A stretch of DNA of 64,000 bases from Candidatus Anderseniibacteriota bacterium (GTDB lineage Bacteria; Patescibacteriota; Andersenbacteria; UBA10190). The translations under genes were made by a program, and so were the position numbers. The stretch spans positions 48 to 64,047 of the forward strand of contig JAIOOW010000003.1 in assembly GCA_021414205.1 (NCBI GenBank), read 5' to 3'. Below the pieces are notes generated by a model. It saw nothing but the letters and a program-made list of their open reading frames with translations. It did no database searches and was not told where the DNA came from. Of this stretch, positions 1-9,177 are shown piece by piece (positions within the stretch are counted from its first letter, which is position 1; every line of letters begins with the position of its first letter).

Positions 1-478
1 CTCGAATTTGTCCTTCAGGAGGGAATGGCTTGTCGGTAAGAGGACCGTAATCCTCATTCTGACCAGGACGAGGGACGATACAGATGACGTCGTTGGGGGT
101 TTCTCGCTTTGCAAGATCGGAGGTAATACTATCAAGCTTCTGCTGGCTTGGTTTCCCCGTAAAATTATTAGCGGGGTTTACAGGATCTTGAAAGGCTGGT
201 GTCATCTCTGGTGTGCCAGCAGGAACATCTGCGGGTTCAAATTTTCCTGTTGTCGAATTGAATTTATTTGATACTCCATTTATGTTTTCGTAAAAATCAA
301 TCTTCCCAGCCTTTGCCAGATTTAGCATTGTTGGATCAGAAAATTTACAATATATGCAATAATCGGCTGTAAAATATGCAGGATTACCTGCTGCAGAAGC
401 ACGACTAATATACAAACCAGTACCAGCAATAGCAATGATCACAACTACGAAGAAGCTACTAAGAAGCCCCTTAATCAT
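1..478 (-). CDS. Hypothetical secreted/membrane-anchored protein. It is 3'-partial and continues beyond the window start.
   Basis: The minus-strand frame is open from an ATG at 478-476 to position 2 with no stop (translated by hand). The N-terminus MIKGLLSSFFVVVIIAIAGTGLYISRASAAG is a signal anchor. It is co-oriented with the downstream secreted-protein genes. This ORF is not in the supplied track because it runs off the window edge. Confidence 0.45.
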   Translation of the reverse strand, partial: MIKGLLSSFFVVVIIAIAGTGLYISRASAAGNPAYFTADYCIYCKFSDPTMLNLAKAGKIDFYENINGVSNKFNSTTGKFEPADVPAGTPEMTPAFQDPVNPANNFTGKPSQQKLDSITSDLAKRETPNDVICIVPRPGQNEDYGPLTDKPFPPEGQIR

Positions 479-482
479 ATTC

Positions 483-1208
483 CTATTGAACCGTTACTGC
501 TGTGCATGCCGTCGTAGAAGCATCGACACACATCTTATAAACTTTCTTGCTTGCGAATCGGAAAACCTGAGACGTCTTCGTAGCTATGTTATTTCCATTT
601 AATGAATGGTCCGCAGTATCTGTGTTAATCACAAGCGCGCAATCGCTTTGAGAAAGTGTAAGGGTTGATGGGTATGGCTTTGTTACAGCAGGAGATGCAG
701 TGGTGTCTTTTACGATAAACAGTGATTGAGAACACGATGGAGCCGGGGAAGAACTTGGGTTCGGAGTAGGTGTGGTGTAGTACGGACTATTCGCAGCAAC
801 ACTAGCAGGTCCTCCCGCACCTGGTGCAACATACTGCTCATCAACCTGCCCTGTCTGCGGCGTACTTCCTGCTCCTCCGCCCGCACCGCTTGCAAGACCG
901 CCAAGCATACTAGTAAGCAACCCAGCCATCGCGAGGCCCATATTACCGGAGAGCAATCCTGCTAATGCCAAAAATTGCCCGACCTGTGCAACTCCGCCGC
1001 TTCCGCCAGAACTAGTGCCTCCGCGTCCGCCTTGCATCATCATCATCATTAACAACGTATTTTGATCTATTCCGCCCGTACCCGATGTCTGCGCGAATGC
1101 GAGACTTGGCGTCACAATAAACGTAAATAATAATACGATACTAGCAATTGTATTGAAGGAGCGTGTGTTCATAAAGATGAATAAAATAAGTTGACTATAT
1201 TGTAACAC
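483..1208 (-). CDS. Hypothetical secreted Gly/Ser-rich low-complexity protein.
   Basis: N-terminal signal peptide (LLFTFIVTPSLAFA), a Gly/Ser/Ala-rich core, an unusual MMMMMQGGRGG run and a Thr/Pro-rich tail. No recognisable catalytic motif. Confidence 0.45.
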   Translation of the reverse strand: MLQYSQLILFIFMNTRSFNTIASIVLLFTFIVTPSLAFAQTSGTGGIDQNTLLMMMMMQGGRGGTSSGGSGGVAQVGQFLALAGLLSGNMGLAMAGLLTSMLGGLASGAGGGAGSTPQTGQVDEQYVAPGAGGPASVAANSPYYTTPTPNPSSSPAPSCSQSLFIVKDTTASPAVTKPYPSTLTLSQSDCALVINTDTADHSLNGNNIATKTSQVFRFASKKVYKMCVDASTTACTAVTVQ

Positions 1209-1232
1209 ACATCGCGTGTGAGTTGTTGAAAA

Positions 1233-2351
1233 CTAATTTCCCCCTGCGATCGTTTCTACTGCTTGTCTGAGCTGCGCTAACTGCGTTACATAACTTGGAA
1301 GCGTGTTCTGCATCGCAAGCAGAGCGCTTGCTGCAACTTGCTGATTGGTTGTTGCATTCTGCTCGATTGTTTGCAATGTTTGTCCTAGGAACGTAATCAA
1401 GGAAACGTATAACTGATGATATTGGGCTGCATTTTGCGGAGCAGGGACGCCTTTCAATGCCGTAGCGAATTGCTGAATTCTTTGCCGAGCAGCAGTAAGT
1501 GGAGCAGTATTTCCGGAAGCGGCGCTTTGAATTGCGTTTGTAATCGTAGTTCCGTCAGATAATTCTTGCGGACGCAACGAATCTATTTGCGATAAATACG
1601 CCTTCATATCCGCCGCCGATGTTTTACTCGTGATATGTAATTCCGACATCGAAACGAGCACGATACTGTTCGATCCTCCCGTATTCGTGCCACCACCTGC
1701 AGTTGGCTGAGGGGTTGGATTCGACCCGCCCGTAGCAGGCGTCGGCGTAGCGTTATTATTCGGAGAATACGTTGGCAATGGAGTTGGATTTCCCACAGGG
1801 ATCGGGGTAGGCAGTCGATCGCTCCCATGCCCGTCACCTCTTTTCGTCGGATCAAACCCAGCTTTCACTTCTGCGCCATCAGTAAATCCATCACCATCGG
1901 AATCCGGATTAAACGGATCTGTATGCCAAACCGAGCACTCGACGTCGTCTGTTAATCCGTCGTGATCACTATCCAGCTTTGCAGAAGAATTAGGATTGAG
2001 CGGATCATGACCTGTTCGCACTTCTGCGCCATCAGAATACCCATCGCCATCGGTGTCCGGATTATTTGAATCCGTTCCGTAAATAGCCTCTACAGAATCC
2101 GGCATACTATCGCCATCAGTGTCTTTCTGCCCAACCCAAGTATCCGGACACACGCCTCGAAATGCAACGGGGCTGACGCTCGGATTTGGAGCGGTGGAAT
2201 TAATCGGTAACCCTCCAGTAGTAGGCGCCGGAGTTGGTGTTGCAGTCGCCTGTGGTTGCCCTCCGCCAAGAAAAATAAACCATATACCAAAAGCAATTCC
2301 TGCAATTGCAACAACCCCTGCGACTACTCCCAAAAGAACCCTCCAGTTCAT
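1233..2351 (-). CDS. TM-anchored Thr/Pro-rich protein with thrombospondin type-3-like calcium-binding repeats.
   Basis: N-terminal TM segment, then about four tandem 23-aa DxDxDGxxDxxE repeats (DTDGDGYSDGAE, DSDHDGLTDDVE, DSDGDGFTDGAE) typical of TSP3/OmpA-like Ca-binding repeats, then PT-rich linkers. Confidence 0.55.
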   Translation of the reverse strand: MNWRVLLGVVAGVVAIAGIAFGIWFIFLGGGQPQATATPTPAPTTGGLPINSTAPNPSVSPVAFRGVCPDTWVGQKDTDGDSMPDSVEAIYGTDSNNPDTDGDGYSDGAEVRTGHDPLNPNSSAKLDSDHDGLTDDVECSVWHTDPFNPDSDGDGFTDGAEVKAGFDPTKRGDGHGSDRLPTPIPVGNPTPLPTYSPNNNATPTPATGGSNPTPQPTAGGGTNTGGSNSIVLVSMSELHITSKTSAADMKAYLSQIDSLRPQELSDGTTITNAIQSAASGNTAPLTAARQRIQQFATALKGVPAPQNAAQYHQLYVSLITFLGQTLQTIEQNATTNQQVAASALLAMQNTLPSYVTQLAQLRQAVETIAGGN

Positions 2352-2355
2352 AGCA

Positions 2356-2598
2356 TTAATGACTCGCCCCTCCTAAAATTGCTCCCGTAATTCCAGATGC
2401 AGCATTTTGGATATCAGCGGAAGATGCAAATGGAGTACCGCTCGGCGACGGGGATGGATTATTTGCCTGTGTTTTCACTTGATTACTTGTGGAAGAATTT
2501 GTTAAGAGCAACGTCGCCCCTGCAACAGACCCAACAATCGCCACGAGCACGATCATTCCCGTCCACACTTCAAACGCCATTTTCTCGTTCAGAGTCAT
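2356..2598 (-). CDS. Small membrane protein (hypothetical).
   Basis: 80-aa ORF with a single N-terminal TM helix and a Ser/Pro-rich tail. First gene of the leftward secreted-protein operon. Confidence 0.35.
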   Translation of the reverse strand: MTLNEKMAFEVWTGMIVLVAIVGSVAGATLLLTNSSTSNQVKTQANNPSPSPSGTPFASSADIQNAASGITGAILGGASH

Positions 2599-2602
2599 AC
2601 GC

Positions 2603-3736
2603 TTAGTGTATCACAAGTTTTTCGTCTCTCTTTGCCTGTTCAATGATCGCTTTATACACGTATGCGCTGGGGCGAATCGTTCGCTCTTGAGTTGCATAAT
2701 CTACGGCAACTAAACCGAAGCGAGGCCCAAACCCCTCCGCCCATTCGAAATTGTCCAATAAAGACCAATGCAGGTAACCACGAACATCGATACCCTGCCG
2801 TTGCACGTTTTCAATCGCACGAAGGTGAGAACGAATAAATTCCGCGCGATTATTGTCTTGCGCATCAGCAATTCCATTTTCTGTCACATATACTGGCTTA
2901 TGATACTTTTTCAGACTGAGCAGCACTTGCTCAAACCCTTCAGGAGAAACAATCCAGCCCAGATCACTTCGGACAGTATCGGCGTTGTTCGAATATTCCG
3001 CGAAATAATAATTCACTCCGATAAAATCCTGCTTATTCTTTATTAATGAAAAAAATCGATGATTAAAAAACCAGTGCTTGAGTGTTTGGTTGGGAGCAAA
3101 TGCAACCATGCTTTTTGCAATGCCGACTGGTGCATGCGGAGTAATACGATGCAATGTTCGATATGCAAGCACATGGGCTTTTGCAAAATTATTTACCACA
3201 CGTAGCATGGTGAATACATTCTTCTTTTGCGGGGGCCATACTGCTTTGGCATACGACTGCACCGCGTACACCATTGGCTCATTGATAGTAATCCAAAAAT
3301 CTACCAGGTCGCCCAAATGTTGGGCGCAATAGGAAACGTATCGGTTAAATAGCTCAGCAGTTTCAGAAGATTCCCAAGAATTTCGTTTTTCCAGCCATAA
3401 CGGATTCGCAAAATGATGCAACGTAACAAATGTTTTTATATTATATTTTTTTAGCTCTAATAGAACATCGCGATAATGCTGTATAGCAGTTGCATCAAAT
3501 ACGCCTTCCGTAGGTTCGATTTTGCTCCACTCCAATGAAAGCCTATGCGCCGTATGTCCAAGTTGGTGGGCGAGCGCAAAATCTTCTTTGTATCTATTCC
3601 AGTGATCACACGCAATGCCGGACCGAAATTCTTCGGGACGCCCCTGCTCCCACTTCCACCAATTATTATTTACCGAATTACCCTCCACCTGATGTGCGCT
3701 TGTAGCAGCGCCATATAGGAATACATGCGGTTTCAT
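2603..3736 (-). CDS. Glycoside hydrolase family 1 (beta-glucosidase-like), compact form.
   Basis: N-terminal LYGAATSAHQVEGN matches the GH1 signature 1. TLHHF..NEP contains the acid/base region and YVTENG contains the nucleophile. C-terminal WSLLDNFEWAEGF..RFGL matches the GH1 C-terminus. At 377 aa it is shorter than typical GH1 enzymes. Confidence 0.8.
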   Translation of the reverse strand: MKPHVFLYGAATSAHQVEGNSVNNNWWKWEQGRPEEFRSGIACDHWNRYKEDFALAHQLGHTAHRLSLEWSKIEPTEGVFDATAIQHYRDVLLELKKYNIKTFVTLHHFANPLWLEKRNSWESSETAELFNRYVSYCAQHLGDLVDFWITINEPMVYAVQSYAKAVWPPQKKNVFTMLRVVNNFAKAHVLAYRTLHRITPHAPVGIAKSMVAFAPNQTLKHWFFNHRFFSLIKNKQDFIGVNYYFAEYSNNADTVRSDLGWIVSPEGFEQVLLSLKKYHKPVYVTENGIADAQDNNRAEFIRSHLRAIENVQRQGIDVRGYLHWSLLDNFEWAEGFGPRFGLVAVDYATQERTIRPSAYVYKAIIEQAKRDEKLVIH

Positions 3737-3773
3737 GCATTCATCATAACACGACGCCCTGCATGCTAGCTGG

Positions 3774-4640
3774 CTATCGAGCCTTTCGAAATGATGCCCG
3801 ATGGCGCAATCTCTCTAACGCAACGTTTTGCAACTGGCGCACTCGCTCCCGACTGATATGGAAACTCTCGCCGATCTCTTCTAGTGTTTTCGGATTATTA
3901 TCCGTTATACCGAACCTGGCATCAATAATTTCCCGCTCTCGAACAGGAAGCCCAGCTAAGGCACGCGCAACTTCCAACCTATCTAAAGAGTCTTGTGCTT
4001 GCTGAATAGGTGAGACAGCATCCACGTCTTCTATCATATCCTGAAGGGTTCCTTGTTCATCGTCATCATTTCCGCCCCCGATCGAGCGTTCCAAGGAAAT
4101 AATATCCGTAGAAAATACTTCAAGCTCTCGCACAATTTCAGGCTCAATCCCCATTTCAGCTGCAACTTCATTTGCATTCGGAGTGCGACCTAACGCTTGC
4201 GATAACTTTGAGCGAATTCTCTGCATCGCAAGAACGCGATCAAATACATTCTCAGGCAGTCGAACAAGACGACGAGCTTTTAATGCGCGCAGAATCGCCT
4301 GGCGAATCCAATACACACCATACGTAGAGAATCTCGTATTATAGATACTCTTAAATCGATCGACGGCGCGCATTAAGCCAATATTCCCTTCTTGAATTAA
4401 ATCCATCAATACTTCAGAGTCGTTTCCTGGAACATACTGCTTCGCAATGTTTACAACCAAGCGCAAGTTCGCGAGCAGCATTTGCTGGCGCGCTTTCGAA
4501 TCCCCTTTTGCGATCCTGTCCGCAAGCTCGCGCTCCTCTTGCGCGGTCAGTAAAGGAGTTCTTCCTATCTCTTGCAAGTACCTTGTAAGAGAAGATATTG
4601 ATGTTGAAAAAGTGGTTGTAGTCATACCAAAAGAATGCAT
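3774..4640 (-). CDS. RNA polymerase sigma-70 family sigma factor (RpoD-like, compact).
   Basis: Region 2 motifs (DLIQEGNIGLMRAVDRF, FSTYGVYWIRQAI) and a region 4 helix-turn-helix (TLEEIGESFHISRERVRQLQNVALERLR). Confidence 0.85.
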   Translation of the reverse strand: MHSFGMTTTTFSTSISSLTRYLQEIGRTPLLTAQEERELADRIAKGDSKARQQMLLANLRLVVNIAKQYVPGNDSEVLMDLIQEGNIGLMRAVDRFKSIYNTRFSTYGVYWIRQAILRALKARRLVRLPENVFDRVLAMQRIRSKLSQALGRTPNANEVAAEMGIEPEIVRELEVFSTDIISLERSIGGGNDDDEQGTLQDMIEDVDAVSPIQQAQDSLDRLEVARALAGLPVREREIIDARFGITDNNPKTLEEIGESFHISRERVRQLQNVALERLRHRASFRKAR

Positions 4641-4806
4641 TAAAACATATGAACTTTTTGTGAAGCGTAACTATCGGAAGTGATACCGGATAACACCGGT
4701 GAAGATGCGGGGGTAAGTTAGCACTCACAACACCCGACTGCTAACAATGTACATCTGCTAGCAATAAAAAGCAAAGGGAGTTTTCCCCCATTTTGTCAGT
4801 ATTTTT

Positions 4807-5370
4807 TTACGCGCGCTCCAGGTAATCTCCCGTTCGAGAATCAACCAAAATAAGGTCCCCTTCTTTAATGAATAGCGGCGCACGCATATGAACCCCACCT
4901 TCGATCACAATATCCTTCGTAACGTTAGAAGATGTATCTCCGCGAACCCCCTCAGGAGCTTCAATGACCTTGCGCTCAATTTTAATAGGCATATCTACAG
5001 AAACAGGATTGCCCTCAAAAAGCATGACTTGAACCTCTTGCCCCTCCAATAAGAAGCGAGCAATATCTCCAATAACATCTTCTGCAATCTCAACCTGCTC
5101 ATATGTTTCGTTATTCATGAAGACATATTTTCCGTCTTGAAGGTAAAGATACTGATGTGGAGACCGCTGAACGTCAGCTTCTTCAATGCGATCCGACTGT
5201 TGAAATGTATGCTCTCGCGTTTGACCAGTACGCAGATGCTTCAAGATAGTATTAATAGTAGGACGGCGCATTTGCTTGCGTAAAAATGCCGCAGAAGTAA
5301 TAACAAACGGCTCGCCATCAAGCACAATAATCTTTCCCTTCCCTTTTCGTATGTCGTTAAATTCAAGCAT
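4807..5370 (-). CDS. efp: Translation elongation factor P.
   Basis: 187 aa. The N-terminal KOW-like region (FNDIRKGK.I..DGEPF.I) and the OB-fold domain II/III pattern are typical of EF-P. Confidence 0.88.
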   Translation of the reverse strand: MLEFNDIRKGKGKIIVLDGEPFVITSAAFLRKQMRRPTINTILKHLRTGQTREHTFQQSDRIEEADVQRSPHQYLYLQDGKYVFMNNETYEQVEIAEDVIGDIARFLLEGQEVQVMLFEGNPVSVDMPIKIERKVIEAPEGVRGDTSSNVTKDIVIEGGVHMRAPLFIKEGDLILVDSRTGDYLERA

Positions 5371-5376
5371 AGTACA

Positions 5377-5574
5377 TTAGTTAGCAAATAGATTATGTAT
5401 CGGAACGGCTATTTTTTCAACCTGAGTGCCAGATTCGGCACTCGGAAGAAGGTTTGGTGCATACACCACGGCAGGATTCTTCATTGCGTCCGGCAAGAGC
5501 AGCAAGGCAACTGAAAACCCCAGAATCAGCACTAACAATCCCATTATTTCTCGAAAATTATCAAAAGTTACCAT
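5377..5574 (-). CDS. Small membrane protein (hypothetical).
   Basis: 65-aa ORF with one TM helix (IMGLLVLILGFSVALLLL), directly downstream of efp. Confidence 0.3.
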   Translation of the reverse strand: MVTFDNFREIMGLLVLILGFSVALLLLPDAMKNPAVVYAPNLLPSAESGTQVEKIAVPIHNLFAN

Positions 5575-5682
5575 AACGGAACACTATAGAGGAAAGTAAA
5601 TGGGTATGCAATCCCCTTGTGCGCTGGTATGCTAGGAGCAGAACGTATCATCCACTAACAACACTTGAAGGAGGTGATTTAT

Positions 5683-5820
5683 ATGGTAGGAACATGTACA
5701 GGATGCGGAACAGAGAACGTTGAATTAAACGAAGCTGGCCTATGCGCAATGTGCGCAAGCAAAGGAGAAATGCCGAGCACGGATACTCCAGCTGAGCCAA
5801 TGGGAGGATCAGCAATGTAA
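5683..5820 (+). CDS. Small zinc-ribbon protein (45 aa, CxxC...CxxC).
   Basis: ATG at 5683 preceded by a perfect Shine-Dalgarno GGAGGTG (5670-5676) at 6-nt spacing, which is rare in this window. It encodes MVGTCTGCGTENVELNEAGLCAMCASKGEMP... with two CxxC pairs. Below the 60-aa cutoff of the supplied ORF track. Confidence 0.5.
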   Translation: MVGTCTGCGTENVELNEAGLCAMCASKGEMPSTDTPAEPMGGSAM

Positions 5821-5837
5821 TTTCATTGTTGACTACA

Positions 5838-5872
5838 TAAAACCTCGCTATAAAGAGCGGGGTTTTATTTTA
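5838..5872. terminator. Putative bidirectional intrinsic terminator between convergent genes.
   Basis: Hairpin AAAACCTCGCT-ataaag-AGCGGGGTTTT followed by a T-rich run (ttttattttatt). It lies between the zinc-ribbon gene stop (5820) and the convergent YgjP-like gene stop (5865). Confidence 0.45.
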
Positions 5873-6575
5873 TTACAAGCGAGCCGCCGTACTGTTTTAA
5901 CCAGGCTCGCGACGATGCGTAATTTGGATTCAGCTGCGCGACAGCTTTCCAGAATCGCGCAGAATGATTCGCATGGATAATATGAGCAACCTCATGAGCC
6001 GTCACGTATCGAGCAACATGTTCTGGAGCAAGAGCTAATCTCCAATTAAAGGTAAGCGTGTGGGTTCTATGATTACAGCTTCCCCATTGCGTTTTCATAT
6101 CTATAACGCGCACTCGAGGAATGTTCTTGCCGATAATTTGACCATATTCGTGCGATTGCCCAATAAAATACTGCTTAGATTGCGCAATATAAAATCGAGA
6201 TACAGCTAAGCGCAGTTTGCTTGTCTCTGGAATATGCGCAATAAGTTCCCCACTTTTTTCTTCAACAAACGACCTTGTCCGATCAGACTCTATAGATACC
6301 CGCAACAGCAGAGTGTCCCCGAAAAAGGGGAGCGACGCCCCGTTCTTCAATTCCGTAACAGGCATAACGCGAACGGCGGATTCCTGCTTTTTCAATATTT
6401 GAATAATCCAATCTTGTCGTTCTGCTAGAAATGCTATGCCCAACGCTTCAGATGCGCGTTTCGGCAACACCAGCTCTACCTGCCCCATAGCCTCCACATG
6501 GATTGCCATGCGGCGCGCTCGTGAACTCCTTCTCACAGAGACTGGGAATGGGAATAAGTCTAATTGCGCTTTCAT
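5865..6575 (-). CDS. YgjP/DUF45-like metal-dependent hydrolase (HExxH zincin).
   Basis: C-terminal motif HEVAHIIHANHSARFW matches the DUF45/YgjP HExxHLxxxNHSxxFW signature. Confidence 0.7.
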   Translation of the reverse strand: MKAQLDLFPFPVSVRRSSRARRMAIHVEAMGQVELVLPKRASEALGIAFLAERQDWIIQILKKQESAVRVMPVTELKNGASLPFFGDTLLLRVSIESDRTRSFVEEKSGELIAHIPETSKLRLAVSRFYIAQSKQYFIGQSHEYGQIIGKNIPRVRVIDMKTQWGSCNHRTHTLTFNWRLALAPEHVARYVTAHEVAHIIHANHSARFWKAVAQLNPNYASSRAWLKQYGGSLVIK

Positions 6576-6598
6576 AGGATATCACCCATGCTATATCC

Positions 6599-6949
6599 AT
6601 GTTCAATATTTGGAAAAAGAAATCAAAAGAAGAAGGGCAAACAGTGCCGTCCACCAATCCATCATCCAAGCCTGCAGGCCAGTTATCATGGGATAATTCA
6701 GCTATTACAGCGCTCGCACAGGCAGTTTCCCAAGCTCCCGTACCATCCATGATGAAAGGGCGCATCAAACAAGAACTTTCAAATGCTGCGGAAGAAGCAG
6801 CCAGGAAAGAAGGAAAAACTACCGTTACGGCTCAACACTTGATGGCAGGCATCCTCTCCCGCTTACCTGAGAATATGAGAAAGAAAGTAGAAGACGCTGC
6901 CAAACAAGGTCCCGCAGGACTCAAAAAGCTCCAGGAAGAATTGAAATAA
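6599..6949 (+). CDS. Stand-alone Clp N-terminal-domain-like protein.
   Basis: 116 aa. The two-repeat pattern (ITALAQAV...; TAQHLMAGILS) resembles the Clp_N repeat [T.HLLLALL]. Confidence 0.45.
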   Translation: MFNIWKKKSKEEGQTVPSTNPSSKPAGQLSWDNSAITALAQAVSQAPVPSMMKGRIKQELSNAAEEAARKEGKTTVTAQHLMAGILSRLPENMRKKVEDAAKQGPAGLKKLQEELK

Positions 6950-6953
6950 CCGG

Positions 6954-7763
6954 CTACTCTCCTCGCTCTTGCTGCAAATCGCGATAGATTTTTTCTGCTC
7001 GGATAAAGTCGGCCGGCTCGTCCAAATCAGTGCTTGTACGAGGATCTAAAACAAACCCATGGAGGTTTTCTCCCCAAATATTTTCCAATTCCAGCGCTTC
7101 CGGGCGCAATACAAACTTTCTGCGCGTAATATCAACTTGGCCGTCTTGGAAGAATACCGGGAACATCTGTTGAATTTTCTGCCGAGGCTGGTCTGGCCCA
7201 TGCTGACGACGAAACTCGTTATCAAATACGGGAATCAGTTTTCCCGATGACCCAATTTCAGGCGAACCCTCTAACTGCCACATTTTGTATGGATGTAGAG
7301 GGGTGGGGATGACGCTTTTCAGTCCATCCGCTCCTGAACTCTTTATGTGTTCAATCATTCGATCAATATCTTTGGCGAATCGGAGCGGACTTGTCGGCCG
7401 CAGATTCACTAAAAACTCCGGAGTCCAGCCGTGCTCCTGCTCCATCCATTTTACGGCATGGTCGTAAAATCCGGCATCACCGGATGTCGGTTGAGAAAAT
7501 TCTTGCGGACGCGGAGCAACCAGTGCCCCGAATTTTTTCGCCTCTTCTGCAATTTTTTCGTCTTCCGTAGATACGATAACAACATCAACATTTTTAGCTT
7601 CAAAGGCAACTTCAATAGCCCACTGGACCAAGCTTTTTCCGCCCAATGTTTGAAGGTTTTTATACGGCACGCTTTGCTGTCCAGCACGAGCCGGAATAAT
7701 AACTGCCACATCAACTGGTTCGCGTTTTGGATTCGATAGATTATTCATACCCCCATGATACAC
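6954..7763 (-). CDS. Acylneuraminate/CMP-sugar cytidylyltransferase family (NeuA-like).
   Basis: N-terminal VAVIIPARAGQQSVPYKNLQTLGGKSLVQWAIEVA is the CMP-NeuAc/CMP-Kdo synthetase family signature. Confidence 0.75.
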   Translation of the reverse strand: MYHGGMNNLSNPKREPVDVAVIIPARAGQQSVPYKNLQTLGGKSLVQWAIEVAFEAKNVDVVIVSTEDEKIAEEAKKFGALVAPRPQEFSQPTSGDAGFYDHAVKWMEQEHGWTPEFLVNLRPTSPLRFAKDIDRMIEHIKSSGADGLKSVIPTPLHPYKMWQLEGSPEIGSSGKLIPVFDNEFRRQHGPDQPRQKIQQMFPVFFQDGQVDITRRKFVLRPEALELENIWGENLHGFVLDPRTSTDLDEPADFIRAEKIYRDLQQERGE

Positions 7764-7770
7764 TAAAACA

Positions 7771-8241
7771 ATGCTTTACGGTCAATACAATAAACCACAT
7801 ACATATAACAAGCTCTTAACCCATCCTGTTTGGGAAACTGCACTATCCTGGATCCAAGCCCATGCCATCAACCTTCCGGACGGCGAACACGAAATACAAA
7901 ATCTGGATATCTATGCCAATATCATGTCCGTTACCACGCTAAAACCAGAAGACACATTCTTTGAAGTGCACGAAGAATATATTGACATTCACTATTGCTT
8001 GAGCGGTGGAGAGGCTATTGGATACGCTCCAATAGGAGAGCCCACAGAAAAAGAGCTTAACAAAGAAAAGGACTACCAACTCTTTCTGCCAACAGAAAAA
8101 ATGAGCCTCTGCATCTTGCAACCCCATAATTTCGCGGTCTTTTTCCCTACAGAACCGCATATGCCGAAGCTTCAAAATGGCATGGATACCACAGTAAAAA
8201 AGGTTGTTATTAAAATAAAAAAGAGCATGCTTGAGATATGA
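7771..8241 (+). CDS. YhcH/YjgK/YiaL (DUF386, NanQ-like) family cupin protein.
   Basis: 156 aa with a length and motif pattern (H..nLPDGeHEI.nLDIYANI...EVHEEYIDIHYCLSGGEAIGY) matching DUF386 sialic-acid-inducible proteins. Divergent from the NeuA-like gene. Confidence 0.6.
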   Translation: MLYGQYNKPHTYNKLLTHPVWETALSWIQAHAINLPDGEHEIQNLDIYANIMSVTTLKPEDTFFEVHEEYIDIHYCLSGGEAIGYAPIGEPTEKELNKEKDYQLFLPTEKMSLCILQPHNFAVFFPTEPHMPKLQNGMDTTVKKVVIKIKKSMLEI

Positions 8242-9173
8242 AAAACGTACTAGGAAAAACTGGGTTGAAAGTATCTCGAATTGGACTTGGGACCGTTGAA
8301 ATCGGCTTGGCATATGGCTTAAAAAATGAAGGGTTACCATCTGAACAAGATGCTATCACTCTACTAAAAACAGTTGTCGAAATAGGCATCACATATATCG
8401 ATACGGCCCGTGGATATGGGTTGGCGGAAGAAAGAATCGGCAAGTCTGAAATTGGAAAAAACGATCAAATAATAATAGGTACAAAATTCGGACAATTCAT
8501 AAAAAATGAACCCAACTTGCGTGGCTCAGATCTTGAAAAACGGATCCGAGAAGACATCGATTTGAGTCGAAAAAAATTGAATAAAGAAACACTCCAGCTC
8601 GCTCAATTTCATAACGAACTAGAAGACTACACTAACTTTTCTGAAATTATCGAAATTGCCGAAAAACTTAAAAACGAACAAAAAATCCAGCATGTCGGAA
8701 TCGCCGTTCGCGGAGAAGCAGCTGCGCTCGCCGCGATTAAAACTGGCTTTTTTGAGACCATTCAACTTGCGAACAACATAGTTGATCAAAGAATGGTACA
8801 AAATGTTCTGAAAAAAGCTCGTGAAAACAACATTGGAATCATCAATCGATCAGTCCTATTAAAAGGCGCTCTCACGCCTGCTCGAGCATCTTTACCTGAT
8901 GCGTTAGCGGAATTAAAGCAAAAAGCAGACAAGGCAGAAGCGATTGCCAAAAATCTCGGTGTAGACCTGCCCACTCTGGCAATTCGCTACGTATTATCAC
9001 AATCTGCCGTATCAACTGCCTTAATAGGGACTGTAAAAGCAAATCGCATAGAAAGCGCCCTGCAAGCACTTACCCAAGGTCCATTGCCAGAAGAAGTACT
9101 TATACAGTTTCAAGAATTAGCAATTGCAGACTCCGCCCAGATTGACCCTGCCAAGTGGCCCAAGGTAGACTAA
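8238..9173 (+). CDS. Aldo/keto reductase family oxidoreductase.
   Basis: GLGTVEIG and IDTARGYG motifs in an approximately 310-aa protein are typical of the AKR superfamily. ATGA overlap with the upstream gene. Confidence 0.8.
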   Translation: MKNVLGKTGLKVSRIGLGTVEIGLAYGLKNEGLPSEQDAITLLKTVVEIGITYIDTARGYGLAEERIGKSEIGKNDQIIIGTKFGQFIKNEPNLRGSDLEKRIREDIDLSRKKLNKETLQLAQFHNELEDYTNFSEIIEIAEKLKNEQKIQHVGIAVRGEAAALAAIKTGFFETIQLANNIVDQRMVQNVLKKARENNIGIINRSVLLKGALTPARASLPDALAELKQKADKAEAIAKNLGVDLPTLAIRYVLSQSAVSTALIGTVKANRIESALQALTQGPLPEEVLIQFQELAIADSAQIDPAKWPKVD

Positions 9174-9177
9174 CGCT

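Noticed and set aside
8-271. Plus-strand 87-aa ORF at the window start.
   Set aside because: It lies entirely inside a longer, uninterrupted minus-strand reading frame (1..478). That frame has a convincing signal-anchor N-terminus and is co-oriented with the neighbouring secreted-protein genes, so the + ORF is most likely a shadow ORF.
2356-2598. Type IV pilin-like N-terminus (MTLNEKMAFEVWTGMIVLVAIVG) in the 80-aa protein.
   Set aside because: There is no G/A-F-T-L-I-E class III signal with Glu at +5. The only Glu lies at +3 relative to any plausible cleavage site, so the protein is treated as a generic small membrane protein.
4729-4806. Intrinsic terminator downstream of efp (GGGAG-tttt-CCCCC region).
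   Set aside because: The stem is at most 3-4 bp with mismatches and is not followed by a clean U-tract on the relevant strand. This is too weak to call.
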